64,000 bases of DNA, from contig OZ244742.1 in assembly GCA_965219415.1 (NCBI GenBank), forward strand, positions 1,632,001 to 1,696,000, read 5' to 3'. The stretch is from Candidatus Marinacidobacterales bacterium (GTDB lineage: Bacteria; Acidobacteriota; Vicinamibacteria; Marinacidobacterales; DATDRI01). Positions within the stretch are counted from its first letter, which is position 1; each line of letters starts with the position of its first letter. The notes under the pieces are model-generated. The model saw only the letters and a program-made list of their open reading frames with translations, had not been told where the DNA came from and ran no database searches. Position numbers and translations under genes: made by a program. Positions 9,829-21,448 of this stretch are shown in pieces.

Positions 9829-10483
9829 TCAATAGACGCCCGGGATCAGCCGCCGGGTCTTCGCACTGTATTCCTCATAGAGAGCGCCATACTTCTTCCC
9901 GCATGTGGGCCTCTTCCCGCCGAATCCTCCTCAGGATAAGCGCAACCCACGCTATTGCGAGAAACCATCCGAGGACACTGGCGAAGAGGAGTGAAAAGGC
10001 GACGCGGCTAGCCATGATGCCGGTGTAGCGAGGGTGCCGCACAAGAGCATAGGGACCGGCGGTGATGATCCTGCTACCCATGTCGGGATGTCCGAAGTGC
10101 TCCCGCAAGTACTTGTCGGCCCAGAGAAGCCACAAAGGCGTCACGGCCCAGATGACTAGGCCGGTCGACTGAAGAACCGGTTGGGCTAGTTCGGGGAGCA
10201 ACCGCCAATGCCCGTAGTCCAAGAAAACCGCCAGCTCGACGAGGGTGAGGGGTATGACCCATTGGTGAAGGCCCGGATCATACGTATTGCCCAGCGCCTC
10301 GTCCTGGAGTTCCTTCGTGGCGCTCACGCTCTTCAAGAATGTCCGGTTCTCGAAGAACCAGAGCGGCGATAAGGCGAAAAAAAAACCCGAGAAGAGATCG
10401 ATGTGCGACGCCGGGTGTGGGCTTCCCCACTGCCAGAGGGATGCCCATGCGGCTGCCAGATAGACTGCGAAGAAAAAACCCAC
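9829..10483 (-). CDS. Isoprenylcysteine carboxyl methyltransferase (ICMT/PEMT) family membrane protein; C-terminal frameshift
   Basis: ITAGPYALVRHPRYTG and RIRREE motifs; the shifted frame gives KKYGALYEEYSAKTRRLIPGVY*. Confidence 0.8.
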
Positions 10484-10504
10484 ACCTCTCGGCCCGGCTC
10501 TCGT

Positions 10505-10747
10505 CTAAGCCCTCTTGAGGGCACCCACGACCGCCAGCAAGACGACCGCACCGACTGCCGCGACGAGGAGCGATCCGATGGGACCGGATCCCGCGATGCC
10601 TAGGAGTCCAAGGAGATGCCCCCCCAAAAACGCCCCCACCACGCCCACCACCATGTTGCCGACCAGGCCGAAACCCCGGCCCTTCATGATCTGACCGGCG
10701 ATCCAACCGGCCGCAACGCCAATGGCTAGAAAGAGTATGAGTTCCAT
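10505..10747 (-). CDS. GlsB/YeaQ/YmgE (transglycosylase-associated) stress membrane protein
   Basis: 80 aa, IGVAAGWIAG..GLVGNMVVGVVGAFLGG..AAVGAVVLL; GGAGGA RBS. Confidence 0.9.
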   Translation of the reverse strand: MELILFLAIGVAAGWIAGQIMKGRGFGLVGNMVVGVVGAFLGGHLLGLLGIAGSGPIGSLLVAAVGAVVLLAVVGALKRA

Positions 10748-10861
10748 AAGTTCCTCCTAGGCACTCAATACTCTAATCGCGTCTGGCATTTCAACCTCAT
10801 AGGGATGGCAGGGCCAAGGGGCCTGTGCTAGATTCTGCCCGTCCGATACGGAGGTGTCCCG

Positions 10862-12746
10862 ATGAAATGCTCTGAGAATCGTCGACCGCCCACGCTCCTC
10901 ACAAGCCTCCTGCTTAGTCTTGCGATAACAGCCACCGCCGGCCCGGGTGCCCAAGAAACAGAACCGCGCCAGTTCGGAGGCACCTACGATCTGCTGGAGC
11001 CCGGGCAACGGGGGCTTATCGACGATTGGGTCCGCCGATTCGATGAAGTCACCGAGCGCGACACACCCCCCGACGTCTTGTACAACGTGATCCGACTTTC
11101 CACCCGCACGACGTTCGACACGGTGACCCATGCTTTGACAACAACGGCGCTTACTGACGAGTCTGGACAATCGCTAGGCACGGCACTCGATCTCATCGAC
11201 TACATGGAGACGATCAAGGGTAAGGTCAAGGGAGAAGGAGGCGACCGGCAGTTCCGCATGTATGCCGTAATGAAGCCGGACACCAAAGAGATCCTGACAA
11301 AAAGCCAAGAGTTCAAACGTGGCGCGGACAACACGATCTATCACAAGGGATACCCCGTCAATTACCGTCAGGCTGGAAAGATCCCTTCGATACAGATCTC
11401 TATGGCGAGAGAAGGGAACCGAGCCGACATTGACGTGGACTACCGTTCCTCCGGGTTCCCGCAGGCACTCTTCAACGGCCACTTGAGCAGCACCAACTCC
11501 GACGTTCGTGCCGGGAACAACCATGACTGTCATGTGAACCGATGGGGAACCGGACTCGAGGACTGGTGGCGAGGCATCTTCGGAGTGCGCATACGTACCA
11601 GCGGAGACGATGTGGGCGAGGAGCTGATTCCCCAGCAGCCCCCCGCCGGCAAACTCAAGTTACAAGCAGCGGTCCACGATTTTCTCGAGCTCTGGTTGGT
11701 GGAAGGGGCAGTGAATGTGGCGATGAGCTACATGTCCGATCGCGCGTTCGAGTGCCTGCAGCTCGAAACAAGAGACACGACTCGACCGAGGAATGGCACC
11801 CATCATGCTCCTGAGAGGGATGGGAGCGGTGCACGAAGCTCTGGGCGACGTATCGAGCGTGGCGGACGCCACGGTGGGGGTGCGCCTCAACCATCCCGAG
11901 CTCAAGGTGGTCGAGAATAAGCATCATGCCCAATTCGTTCTGTACGATGTCCCCACCGACGTCGCAGCCAGTTTCGAGTGCATCAACCGAACGGAAGCGG
12001 TCGCGCGAACCTCTGCGAAAGCCGACCGTCGCTACGGAGAGTACTACGCCTCGATCTTCTACATCGGAGGTCCGGTCCGAGGCGAGACCATCGCTCTTCT
12101 CTGGGCCAAGGAAAACGGCTTTTGGAAGATCGTCTCTTACGAGAGCGAGGTCGAAGGTGAGGATCCCAACCTCCCCGACATCCGGCCTGCCGAAACCATC
12201 GAGGTCAAGCGAACCGAGGGCGATCCACACCTGATTTCAGTCGCCGAGGACTTCCACCGCACGTGGCCCATCGAGAAGAATGCCAAGCGGGCGCACGAGT
12301 TTCTCTCACCACGCGCCTACTCTTGTTACAACTTATTCAGACCCGCGGACCGGCCGGAAGCCAAAACGTCCGAGGAGGCGGGTCGCTATCTTCTCGAAGG
12401 ACTGGAGCGCGTCACGCGGGACGTGCCGGATGCCTCTAGCCTGAATGAGATTATCGAGGGGGTCGAAACCGTCGATGCACAACTCCTGGTCGTCACCCAT
12501 CCTGACGAGAGCGCATTTGCGCTGGTGGCGGGCCCGGATTACCAGGGAGAAGGTGCCGACTGCGCCAAGCGGGCCCAGGGACTAGAACCGCGCGACGTCA
12601 AACCGACGCTCAAGGACTACGGCAACTACTTCGCCACCGGCTTCCAGTTCAAGGTCGACCAGGGTCAGGGAGCTACCTTGGCACTCGTTTGGGCCAAGGT
12701 AGGTGGCGAGTGGAAGATCGTCGCCTACGATGTCAAGACGCCCTGA
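10862..12746 (+). CDS. Secreted hypothetical protein with internal tandem domain duplication (frameshift ~11775)
   Basis: Signal peptide; ORFs 10862-11920 and 11793-12746 join; repeated module ending LWAKENGFWKIVSY / VWAKVGGEWKIVAY. Confidence 0.7.
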
Positions 12747-12772
12747 TTAACTAGACGGCTCGGTCCGCACCT

Positions 12773-14251
12773 CTATTTGGAGTAGCTTTCGAAACGTTGG
12801 CAGAGATCGACCAGCATCTTGAGCCCGAAGCCGGTGGCACCTGCTCCGTAGTACTTCCAGTTCTTCTCCAGCAAGAAAGGCCCCGCGATGTCCAGGTGAA
12901 CCCAGGGGGTTCCCTCCGGCACGAACTCCCGCAGGAATAGGGCCGCGGTGATCGTCCCCGCCATCTTGCCGCCGACGTTGTTGAGATCCGCGTAGGGCGT
13001 CTTGAGCGTCTCCTTGTACTCTTCGACCATCGGGAGCTCCCAATACATCTCGCCTTGCTGCTCGCCAGAACGAATCACGGCCTGGATCAGATCTCGGTCG
13101 TTCCCCAGGACTCCCGCGACCGACTCTCCGAGCGCACGAACGACGGCACCGGTGAGCGTCGCGATATCGATGATGTGAGTGGCTCCCTCCTCGCCGGCAC
13201 GCGCCAACCCATCGATGAGTACTAAACGACCTTCCGCATCGGTATTGTCAACCATCACCGACTTGCCATTCTTGGCGATGAAGATGTCCCCCGGCCTCTG
13301 GGCACGCTGACCGGGAAAGTTCTCGGCGGTCGGCACGATGCCGGTAACCCGCACCGACGGCTTCAACCGTCCGATGGCCGCCATGGCATAGATCACCGCC
13401 GCGCCGCCGGCCATGTCCCCCTTCATGGTGAACATCCCCTCGGGAGGTTTCAGTGAAATGCCACCGGTGTCGAACGTGATCCCTTTCCCCACCAAAGCGA
13501 CATGGTGTTTACTCTTCTGGCGTGGCTCGTAGCGAAGAACGATCATCCGCGGCGGCCGCATACTTCCCTGGCCCACAGCAATCAAGCCGCGGTACCCCTG
13601 TTTCTCCAGCTGCTTTTCGTTGAGGACGGTACACTTGAGCTTGCTCTGCGACGCGACTCTCTTGGCAAGTCGGGCTAGGGTCTCCGGATAGATCACCGCC
13701 CCGGGCTCGTTCACAACATCTCGGCAGCGGTTCGCTTCCTCCGAGACGACGTTGTAGCGACGGAGCTCGGCATCTGCAGCGGCGCGGTCCTCGGAACGGA
13801 CAAGAATGGACACCGTGATCTCATCCTTCGTTTTCTTCTTCTTGTACTTATCGAAGCGATATCCACCCAGCAAGTAACCCTCGGCCACCTTTCCGACGAA
13901 CGGTGCTCCGTCCGCCGCACACAGCAGAAACACGATCCGGTCGAAACTGTAGCCTTTCGCATACCCAAAGGACTTGGCCGCGAAGATCTTCAGGTTCTCT
14001 TGCAACTCGTAGTTCTTGGACAACGTCGTGGAAAAAACCAGCAGATTCTTGATGGGCGATTGCCCGGAAAAAGAATGGAAGAGCTCGCGCTTCTGTCGCT
14101 CCTCTTTGAACGCCCGTTGAGCACCCTGTAGGACGCGTCGTACCTCGGGTTGATCCACTTTGCATAGGGTCTTGTCGGGATCCAGCACCGCCACGGCCAG
14201 ATCCGCTTTCACTCGAGAAGGCGGTTGTGTCACAACGGTTAGCTTCATCAT
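12773..14251 (-). CDS. pepA: Leucyl aminopeptidase (M17)
   Basis: VGKGITFDTGG, MKGDMAG, NTDAEGRL, ATLTGA, WVHLDIAG. Confidence 0.95.
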   Translation of the reverse strand: MMKLTVVTQPPSRVKADLAVAVLDPDKTLCKVDQPEVRRVLQGAQRAFKEERQKRELFHSFSGQSPIKNLLVFSTTLSKNYELQENLKIFAAKSFGYAKGYSFDRIVFLLCAADGAPFVGKVAEGYLLGGYRFDKYKKKKTKDEITVSILVRSEDRAAADAELRRYNVVSEEANRCRDVVNEPGAVIYPETLARLAKRVASQSKLKCTVLNEKQLEKQGYRGLIAVGQGSMRPPRMIVLRYEPRQKSKHHVALVGKGITFDTGGISLKPPEGMFTMKGDMAGGAAVIYAMAAIGRLKPSVRVTGIVPTAENFPGQRAQRPGDIFIAKNGKSVMVDNTDAEGRLVLIDGLARAGEEGATHIIDIATLTGAVVRALGESVAGVLGNDRDLIQAVIRSGEQQGEMYWELPMVEEYKETLKTPYADLNNVGGKMAGTITAALFLREFVPEGTPWVHLDIAGPFLLEKNWKYYGAGATGFGLKMLVDLCQRFESYSK

Positions 14252-14255
14252 TCTA

Positions 14256-16235
14256 TCAGGCCTCTTCTTCGTATTTCTCCTTGAGTTTCTCTACCACTGC
14301 CGGATCGGCGAGCGTCGTCGTATCCCCCAGTGCCTTACCCTCGGCAATGTCTTTGAGTAGCCGTCGCATGATCTTGCCGGAACGCGTCTTGGGAAGGTCG
14401 GCCGCGAAGATGATGTCATCCGGGCGGGCTATGGAGCCGATTTTCTTGACCACATGCCCTTTGAGCTCATCGATCAAGGAGTCGCTCGACTCGACGCCTT
14501 GCTTCAGGGTCACAAAAGCGGCGATGCCTTCACCTTTGATCTCGTGCGACCGGCCGACCACGGCCGCTTCGGCCACGTCCTGGAAGTCCACCAACGCACT
14601 CTCCACCTCCATCGTCCCGATGCGATGGCCGGCCACGTTTAGCACGTCGTCCACGCGACCCAGGATCCAAAAGTATCCGTCCTTGTCTCGCTTGGCTCCA
14701 TCACCGGGGAAATAGGTCTCCTTCGACCACTTGCTCCAATACTGCTTCACGTAGCGATCGGGATCGCCATAGATGCCGCGAAGCATCGCCGGCCATGGCG
14801 ACTTGATGGCCAAGAATCCGCCCCCGACTGCGGTCGACTCTCCCTTCTCGTTCAAGATATACGCCTCGATCCCCGGAAACGGTCGCGTCGCGGATCCAGG
14901 CTTCGTGGTCGTTACGCCCGGCAGTGGAGTGATCAGAATCATGCCGGTCTCAGTTTGCCACCACGTGTCGACGATGGGACACTTCCCGCCTCCGACGTTC
15001 TCGTGGTACCACATCCACGCTTCCGGATTGATCGGTTCGCCGACCGTACCCAGCAGCCTGAGAGAAGACAGATCGTGCTTGGCCGTCCACTCGGTTCCCC
15101 ACTTCATGAAGGCCCGAATGACCGTCGGCGCGGTATAGAACACAGTCACCCCGTACTTCTCGACGATGGTCCAAAAACGATCGTTCTCCGGCCAGTTCGG
15201 AGCGCCCTCGTACATGACGCCGGTGACTCCCAGCGACAGCGGGCCGTAGACCAGGTAGCTGTGCCCAGTTACCCATCCGATGTCTGCCGTGCACCACCAG
15301 ACATCATCTTCTTTGAGATCGAAGACAAATTTGGTGGTGGTGTACACACCGGTGAGGTAGCCGCCCGTTGTATGTACGATTCCCTTGGGCTTACCCGTGG
15401 TGCCCGAGGTATAGAGAATATAGAGCATATCCTCGGCGTCCATCTCCTCAGGCTCGCAGCGGTCACCGGCATCTTTCATGAGGTCGTGCCACCAAAGATC
15501 CCGCCCCCTCTGGAAATTGATTTCGAAATCGCCGCGGTTCACCACCACTACGTTCTCGACCGATGGGGTTCCAGCTACGGCTTCGTCCGTCATATCCTTG
15601 AGCGGAATCACACTCCCGCGGCGGTATCCGCCGTCGGCGGTGATCACCAACTTGGCCTGGGCATCATTGATCCGGTCGCGGAGCGACTCCGAGCTGAATC
15701 CCCCGAAGACGATGCTGTGAACGGCGCCGACTCGCGTACACGCGAGCATCGCAATGGGAAGCTCCGGAATCATGGGGAGATAAATGGCCACCCGATCTCC
15801 CTTTCCAACGCCCAGCTTCTTTAGGACGTTGGCAAAGCGATTGACCTCCCGATAGAGATCCCAATAGGTCAGCGTTCGCGTATCACCGGGCTCACCTTCC
15901 CAGATGAGCGCCGCCTTGTTTCGGCGCCAAGTTCTGACGTGTCGATCCACGCAGTTCACGCTCACGTTGAGCTTTCCACCCACGAACCATCGTGCGTGGG
16001 GAGGCTCCCACTCCAAGACCTTGCTCCACGGCTTCATCCACTCGAGCTCGCCCGCCATGCGGGCCCAGAAACCCTCCCGATCCTCGGCCGCCTCGCGGTA
16101 GACCGACTCGTCCCGAATCGTCGCCTTCTCGCGGAAGGAATCAGGCGGAGCGAACCGACGCCCCTCCTGAAGTAACGTCTCGATCTCCATCGACGACGGG
16201 TCTTTTTTCTCGGGCTTGTCAGGCGTATCCGGCAT
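14256..16235 (-). CDS. acs: Acetyl-CoA synthetase (AMP-forming)
   Basis: [45 protein letters not shown]; likely start MPDTPDK at 16235. Confidence 0.97.
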   Translation of the reverse strand: MPDTPDKPEKKDPSSMEIETLLQEGRRFAPPDSFREKATIRDESVYREAAEDREGFWARMAGELEWMKPWSKVLEWEPPHARWFVGGKLNVSVNCVDRHVRTWRRNKAALIWEGEPGDTRTLTYWDLYREVNRFANVLKKLGVGKGDRVAIYLPMIPELPIAMLACTRVGAVHSIVFGGFSSESLRDRINDAQAKLVITADGGYRRGSVIPLKDMTDEAVAGTPSVENVVVVNRGDFEINFQRGRDLWWHDLMKDAGDRCEPEEMDAEDMLYILYTSGTTGKPKGIVHTTGGYLTGVYTTTKFVFDLKEDDVWWCTADIGWVTGHSYLVYGPLSLGVTGVMYEGAPNWPENDRFWTIVEKYGVTVFYTAPTVIRAFMKWGTEWTAKHDLSSLRLLGTVGEPINPEAWMWYHENVGGGKCPIVDTWWQTETGMILITPLPGVTTTKPGSATRPFPGIEAYILNEKGESTAVGGGFLAIKSPWPAMLRGIYGDPDRYVKQYWSKWSKETYFPGDGAKRDKDGYFWILGRVDDVLNVAGHRIGTMEVESALVDFQDVAEAAVVGRSHEIKGEGIAAFVTLKQGVESSDSLIDELKGHVVKKIGSIARPDDIIFAADLPKTRSGKIMRRLLKDIAEGKALGDTTTLADPAVVEKLKEKYEEEA

Positions 16236-16505
16236 CCAAGAGCCTCCGTACCAGCTGCTGAGTGGCCATCTTATGACAAGCAACCATGCCAGGGCCAGTT
16301 GCGTTGGTACCCGACGGGGGCGCCGAAACCCTTGTGGCGCCGCGCTTTCGAGTTGAAAAGAATCGCGAGCCCCGCAAGTCGACCCGGCGACCGGCGTGAC
16401 GGCGATCACGTCTCGGCGAGGGCAGCAACTTTTCGGGCCGCTGGAAATGAACTACAACGTAATCAATCAGTTCCAATTGAATAACGAGGTTGGGGAGCGC
16501 GCCGA

Positions 16506-17161
16506 ATGCTGTGCTTGTCTCTATCGGTCTTGCTGCTGTTGGCTCCACTTCAGCCCAACGACGGAAGCCTGCTGGGTGGGGTCCTCGAGAATCGACGACT
16601 GCACCTTCGTGTGCGACCGCCGGTGGGCTGGAAGATCGTGAGTGCGGGTGTGACGGAAGACGAGCCCATCGAATTCTGGAAGGATGGTGAGAACGGGCCT
16701 CGAATCCAGATCACCTCGTACCCTTACCCGATATCCGAAGGCTCCGACATCGACAAGGTTCAGGCGGAGCTGAGCGAAGCTCTCAAGCGCAAGTTCCCCA
16801 ATCTACGCGTGGACCAGGAGACGAAACTGATCCACCAGGGTAATCCCGCCATCGAAGTCATGGCCACTCTTCCCGCGGCCGATACCTACTACCATGTCAT
16901 CCAGCGCTGCCTCTTCGCTCGTGGACGCATCTTCATCATTACGTGCGCCTCGTTCGAATCATCGTTCCTTTCCGACCTCAGCAGCTTCCGAGCCTGCCTG
17001 GACGGTCTCGAGGTCCTCGGCGAGATCTTCGAACCCGATCCCGCTGGCGACGGCGTTCCCCTATTCACCGTTCGCACCGCCGGGTTCGTAGGCTTCGGAT
17101 TCCTGGCGCTCGGTTTCTCCGCCGCTTCTCGGCCGCCCGACTCGACCGCATCGGACGTTGA
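16506..17161 (+). CDS. Secreted hypothetical protein (PsbP/DcrB-like fold?) with C-terminal TM anchor
   Basis: Signal peptide, P.GW motif, IFIITCAS..F..CLDGL; a one-base insertion in GGTTTCTCC gives ...GFLALGFLRRFSAARLDRIGR* ending 6 bp before the rhomboid ATG. Confidence 0.6.
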
Positions 17162-17167
17162 CCAATC

Positions 17168-18555
17168 ATGCCGATCCCTCTCACGCACGAACAGATGACG
17201 GTCCAGCGACTTCCCTGGATCACCATCGCGATGGTGATGGCCAACGTCTTTATTTTTCTTTACACCCACCCGCAGACGCAGAGAGACGAAGACCGGCTCT
17301 ACGAGGTGATCGACGAGCTCCACGAGTTCGCTGCGGCCAACCCTGGAATGTCGCAGGAGGATTTTTCGAGCGAAGAAGAGCTCGGGGAGTATCAGCGACT
17401 CGTCGAGAAGTTCAACAACATCAATCGGAGTCGCCTTTTCGGCCGCTACGGCTTCGTACCCTCACGCCAAGAGTGGCCGGACGTCATGAGCTCCATCTTT
17501 CTGCACGGTGGCTGGATGCACCTCTTGGGCAACATGTACTTGCTTTGGCTTTGTGGGTGCTGCATCGAGGATATGTGGGGGCGCCCGGTCTTCGCTCTGA
17601 TCTATCTATCGAGCGGGCTGGTCGCGTGCATGGCCCACGCCGCCGCATTCCCACTGAGCGACGCTCCCTTGGTAGGGGCGTCCGGGACCGATCGCAGGGC
17701 TGATGGGGGCGTTTCTGGTGCGACTCTACGCGACCCGCATTCGTTTCTTCTACATGTTTTGGATTCACTGGGGAACGTTTTATTCGCCAGCCTGGGGTCA
17801 TGTTGCCCCTCTGGCTCGTGAGTCAACTCTTCTACGCCGTGATGTATCGCGACGGAAGTCCGGTGACATTCTGGGCCCACGTAGGCGGATTCGTCTTCGG
17901 CGCCGGCGTCGCGCTTTTCATCAAGCTCACGCTGGTAGAAGAGGCTTTTCTCGCTCCCGCCATCGATCAGAAAACGAATCTCTTCGCCCAGAATCCAAAG
18001 GTCACTTCGGCGCTGCATCTCATCGACAGCGGGAAACACCTGGAAGCCGTTCGCCCTCTCTTGGGAGCAATCCGAGACAATCCCGACGACGTCGATGCTC
18101 TGGACCTGCTCGCTTCATCTTACCAGTCGATGGGAAATGAAAAGGACGCCGCGCAGGCCCATGCGCGCAAGGTCCGGACCCACCTCAAGCGACGCGAGAA
18201 GGATCTCGCCATCGGTGCCTACTTCGACATGGTGGAATGCAGCCGAGATGTTTCGTTGCCTCCGCGGGAGTCGTTGGCGATAGCGCCCGCACTGATGGAA
18301 GACGACAGCCGCGACGAGGCGGTGGTGCTTTACCAGGGAGTCATCGGTTCGGCCAGCGATCCATCCATCAAACTGCGGGCGTCCCTCGCGCTGGCCGATC
18401 TGTACATTGCCGATCACAACGGAAAACGAGCCCTTCAAGTTCTGAACGCCGCCGCCCCCCTGGCCGAAACGCTCCCCGAGTGGAAGCTGCACCTGGAGGA
18501 AAAGCTCGAGGCGACGCGGAAGCTCGTGCCAGCCCTTTCCCCCGTTGAGATCTGA
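17168..18555 (+). CDS. Rhomboid-family intramembrane serine protease with C-terminal TPR-like domain (two frameshifts)
   Basis: FLHGGWMHLLGNM, catalytic GASG, WAHVGGFVFG; helical repeat C-terminus; split over ORFs 17168, 17703 and 17800. Confidence 0.85.
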
Positions 18556-18646
18556 TTCCGTCGCCAATCAGTCTCTGCGCCTCAAGAGCCGTCTGGCGAG
18601 CCAGTTCGTGGCACCGCCCTCTTTTGACGGCCAAACTGTGCCCAGC

Positions 18647-20098
18647 TCAGGCCCTACGCCTCAAAAAGAAGAGAACGAGGATCGTATAGAGCTCGAGTCT
18701 TCCCACGATCATCATCAAGGCAAGTAGCAGCTTCGCCAACCCCGGTAGCGCCGCATAGTTCATCGTCGGTCCGACCGCCCCGAATCCTGGGCCTATGTTA
18801 CCCAAACACGCGGCGGATGCGGAAAAGGCGGACAGCGCATCCACGCCCATTAGCGTGAGCAACATCCCCCCCGCGGTGAATAAGACCAGGAAGAGCAGGA
18901 AAAAAGTGGTGACCGCGGAGACCACATCCTCGGGGATTGCCTTGTCGCCTATCCGCAGAGGCAGCATCGCGTGGGGCCGAACCATGCGTCGCAGATCGAC
19001 CGCCACTTTCTGGACCACGATGAGGATCCGTACCACCTTCACCGAGCCACCGGTGGATCCGGCGCAGCCACCGACGAACATCATGACGAACAGCAACGTG
19101 CGGGAAAAGTCGGGCCATGCGTCGAAGTCGGCGGTGGCGAATCCCGTCGTGGTCACGATAGTGCTCGCTTGGAAGAGGGCGAACCGGACCGCCGAGCCCA
19201 CCCCCTCGTATGTCCCTTGCCAAAGCAAGTCGGACGCAATCAGGAGCGCGCTCACCGCTACGATTCCGATGTAGACCCGGAACTCGGGGTCACGGAGTAG
19301 AGGCTGAGCCCGACCGCGTATCCAATGAAAGTGAAGCGCAAAGCTGGCACCGGCGAGCAACATGAACAGAACGATCGTCATCTCCACAGCCGGGCTATCG
19401 AACGCGGCTATGCTGGCGTTCCTAGTGGAGAAACCGCCAGTGGCCATGGTGGCGAAGCTATGCGTGACTGCGTCGAAGAGCCCGAGGCCCAGGGCCGTCA
19501 GGATGAGAACTTCCGCCCCCGTAAAAAGGATGTAGATGCCCCAAAGCGCCTTGCCGGTCTGGGCCAAACGAGGCGTCAGTTTTTCCTTGATCGGCCCCGG
19601 AGCTTCCGCCCCCAAGAGCTCCATACCGCCGATCGCCAACTTGGGAAGTATCGCGATCCCCAACACGATGATCCCCATGCCCCCCAACCATTGTGTAAGA
19701 GCCCTCCAAAGAAGAATGGAATTCGGTTCGCTTTCTACGTTCGGTAAGATCGAGGCGCCGGTCGTCGTGAAGCCCGAGACCGACTCGAAGATCCCATTGA
19801 CTATGAACCCAGGTCCCTTGATGAACACGTAAGGCAGCGTTCCCACCATCGTCGCCACAACCCAAGCCGAGGCCACCAGAACAAACGCCTCGTGCCGGCC
19901 AAAGGAGAACTCCTGTCGCTGAACGAACTTCCGTTCCAAAAAAATTCCTGAGACCGCCGCAACCCCCGCGGACATAAGAAAGGCGACCAACTCAATCCGT
20001 CCATCGGAGAAGTAAGCGACGGCGGCCGGAATGAGTAGGGCTACGGAGAGGACGAGAAGGAGGCGACCGAGAAGGAAGAAGACTCCGTGAAGATTCAT
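18647..20098 (-). CDS. trkH: Trk potassium uptake membrane subunit
   Basis: FESVSGFTTTGAS, QWLGGMG, ATGGFST, GGCAGSTGG, LGNIGPG, GRLE. Confidence 0.95.
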   Translation of the reverse strand: MNLHGVFFLLGRLLLVLSVALLIPAAVAYFSDGRIELVAFLMSAGVAAVSGIFLERKFVQRQEFSFGRHEAFVLVASAWVVATMVGTLPYVFIKGPGFIVNGIFESVSGFTTTGASILPNVESEPNSILLWRALTQWLGGMGIIVLGIAILPKLAIGGMELLGAEAPGPIKEKLTPRLAQTGKALWGIYILFTGAEVLILTALGLGLFDAVTHSFATMATGGFSTRNASIAAFDSPAVEMTIVLFMLLAGASFALHFHWIRGRAQPLLRDPEFRVYIGIVAVSALLIASDLLWQGTYEGVGSAVRFALFQASTIVTTTGFATADFDAWPDFSRTLLFVMMFVGGCAGSTGGSVKVVRILIVVQKVAVDLRRMVRPHAMLPLRIGDKAIPEDVVSAVTTFFLLFLVLFTAGGMLLTLMGVDALSAFSASAACLGNIGPGFGAVGPTMNYAALPGLAKLLLALMMIVGRLELYTILVLFFLRRRA

Positions 20099-21426
20099 TT
20101 AGCGCGAAACATCTTCTCGAGCGCCGGTTCGGCTTTCAGGAGAGTGAACACCAAGGCCCGGTCGCCAGGCTGAAACGTGAAATCGCCACCCGGGACGTGA
20201 CGTTCGTCGCCGCGTATCACGGCGCCAATGATCGAGCCTTCCGGAAATTTCAAATCGCGCAGCGGATGGCGGATGACGGTGCAGTTGTCGGGCACTTCGA
20301 ACTCCACGACCTCGGCATCACCACTCTCGATCAGATCTAGGTTCAGAATCTCGCGCGGGTGAATCATTCGCAAGATTGTGCCGGCGGTGACGAGCCGCGG
20401 CGAGAGTGCGATATCGACGCGCGCGGCGCGAAGAACGTTGAGAAACTCGGGCCTCTGGTAGAGGGTCACGACCAGGCGGGCACCGAGCTCCTTCGCAAGA
20501 AACGAGGAAATGGCGTTCGCTTCATCCGCCTGTGTGGCGGCGACGAAATAATCGGCGTTATGCACTCCCGCCTCCCGGAGGAGGGCCGGATCGGTGGCGT
20601 CACCGCGAAGCACCAGGGTTTCCGGCGCTTCCGAGGCCAACGCGAAGGCCTTCTTTTCTTGGCGTTCTATCACCGTCACCTGGATCTTTTGTTCCACCAG
20701 CCCCTTGGCGAGCCACTGACCCACGTGGCCGGCACCGGCAATGACGACGTTGCGCGGCGGAGCCGACTCCACGCCGATCGCCTGCAAGAACTCCTTGATG
20801 GTCTCGGTTTGACCGACGGCATAGATTTCCTGGCCGGGCATAAGCACGGTGTCCCCCCGAGGCACAGTTAACCGGAGACCTTGCAGCACACCCACGAGAA
20901 TCCACCCGTCTGGTCCTTCTAGGTGTCTTAACGGCTTGCCGTAAATGTCCACCGACATCGACGGCCGTGCATGGAGGAGCACCAGTTTGTCATCGGCGAA
21001 GAAGTGAGCCTTGGTGGCGCCGGGAACTTTCGTTAGCCCGAGAATCTCCTCGGCCACCAAACGTTCCGGATAGAGAGGAATGATCTCTGGATCGGCTTCA
21101 AGTAGCGGATTCGATCCGTGATAAGGATCCCCCACTCGAGCCACGCATCGTTTCGCACCCATTTTGCGAGCGGTGAGCGCTACGAGCAGGTTGGTGGGAT
21201 CATTGTCGGAAACAGCGAAAACGAGCTCGGCGTCTTCGACGCCGTGCTCTTCGAGAATTGCCGGGTTGCAACCGTCACCGGTGACCGCAAGGACATCCAG
21301 CTCGCTTTGCAGACGCTGAACTTTTTCCGGATCGCGCTCGATGACCACCAGGTCATGACCTTCTTCAGAAAGCGAGCGGGCGATGTGAAAACCGACTTCG
21401 CCGACGCCGACGATGAAGACCTTCAT
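20095..21426 (-). CDS. trkA: Trk potassium uptake NAD-binding subunit
   Basis: Two RCK_N/RCK_C pairs (GVGEVG, GAGHVG); 4-bp overlap with trkH. Confidence 0.93.
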   Translation of the reverse strand: MKVFIVGVGEVGFHIARSLSEEGHDLVVIERDPEKVQRLQSELDVLAVTGDGCNPAILEEHGVEDAELVFAVSDNDPTNLLVALTARKMGAKRCVARVGDPYHGSNPLLEADPEIIPLYPERLVAEEILGLTKVPGATKAHFFADDKLVLLHARPSMSVDIYGKPLRHLEGPDGWILVGVLQGLRLTVPRGDTVLMPGQEIYAVGQTETIKEFLQAIGVESAPPRNVVIAGAGHVGQWLAKGLVEQKIQVTVIERQEKKAFALASEAPETLVLRGDATDPALLREAGVHNADYFVAATQADEANAISSFLAKELGARLVVTLYQRPEFLNVLRAARVDIALSPRLVTAGTILRMIHPREILNLDLIESGDAEVVEFEVPDNCTVIRHPLRDLKFPEGSIIGAVIRGDERHVPGGDFTFQPGDRALVFTLLKAEPALEKMFRAK

Positions 21427-21448
21427 AGCGCGCTCATACTAGCATGGC

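Noticed and set aside
16275-16292. Sigma54-like TGGCA..TTG upstream of acs
   Set aside because: GG-N10-GC spacing is not satisfied.
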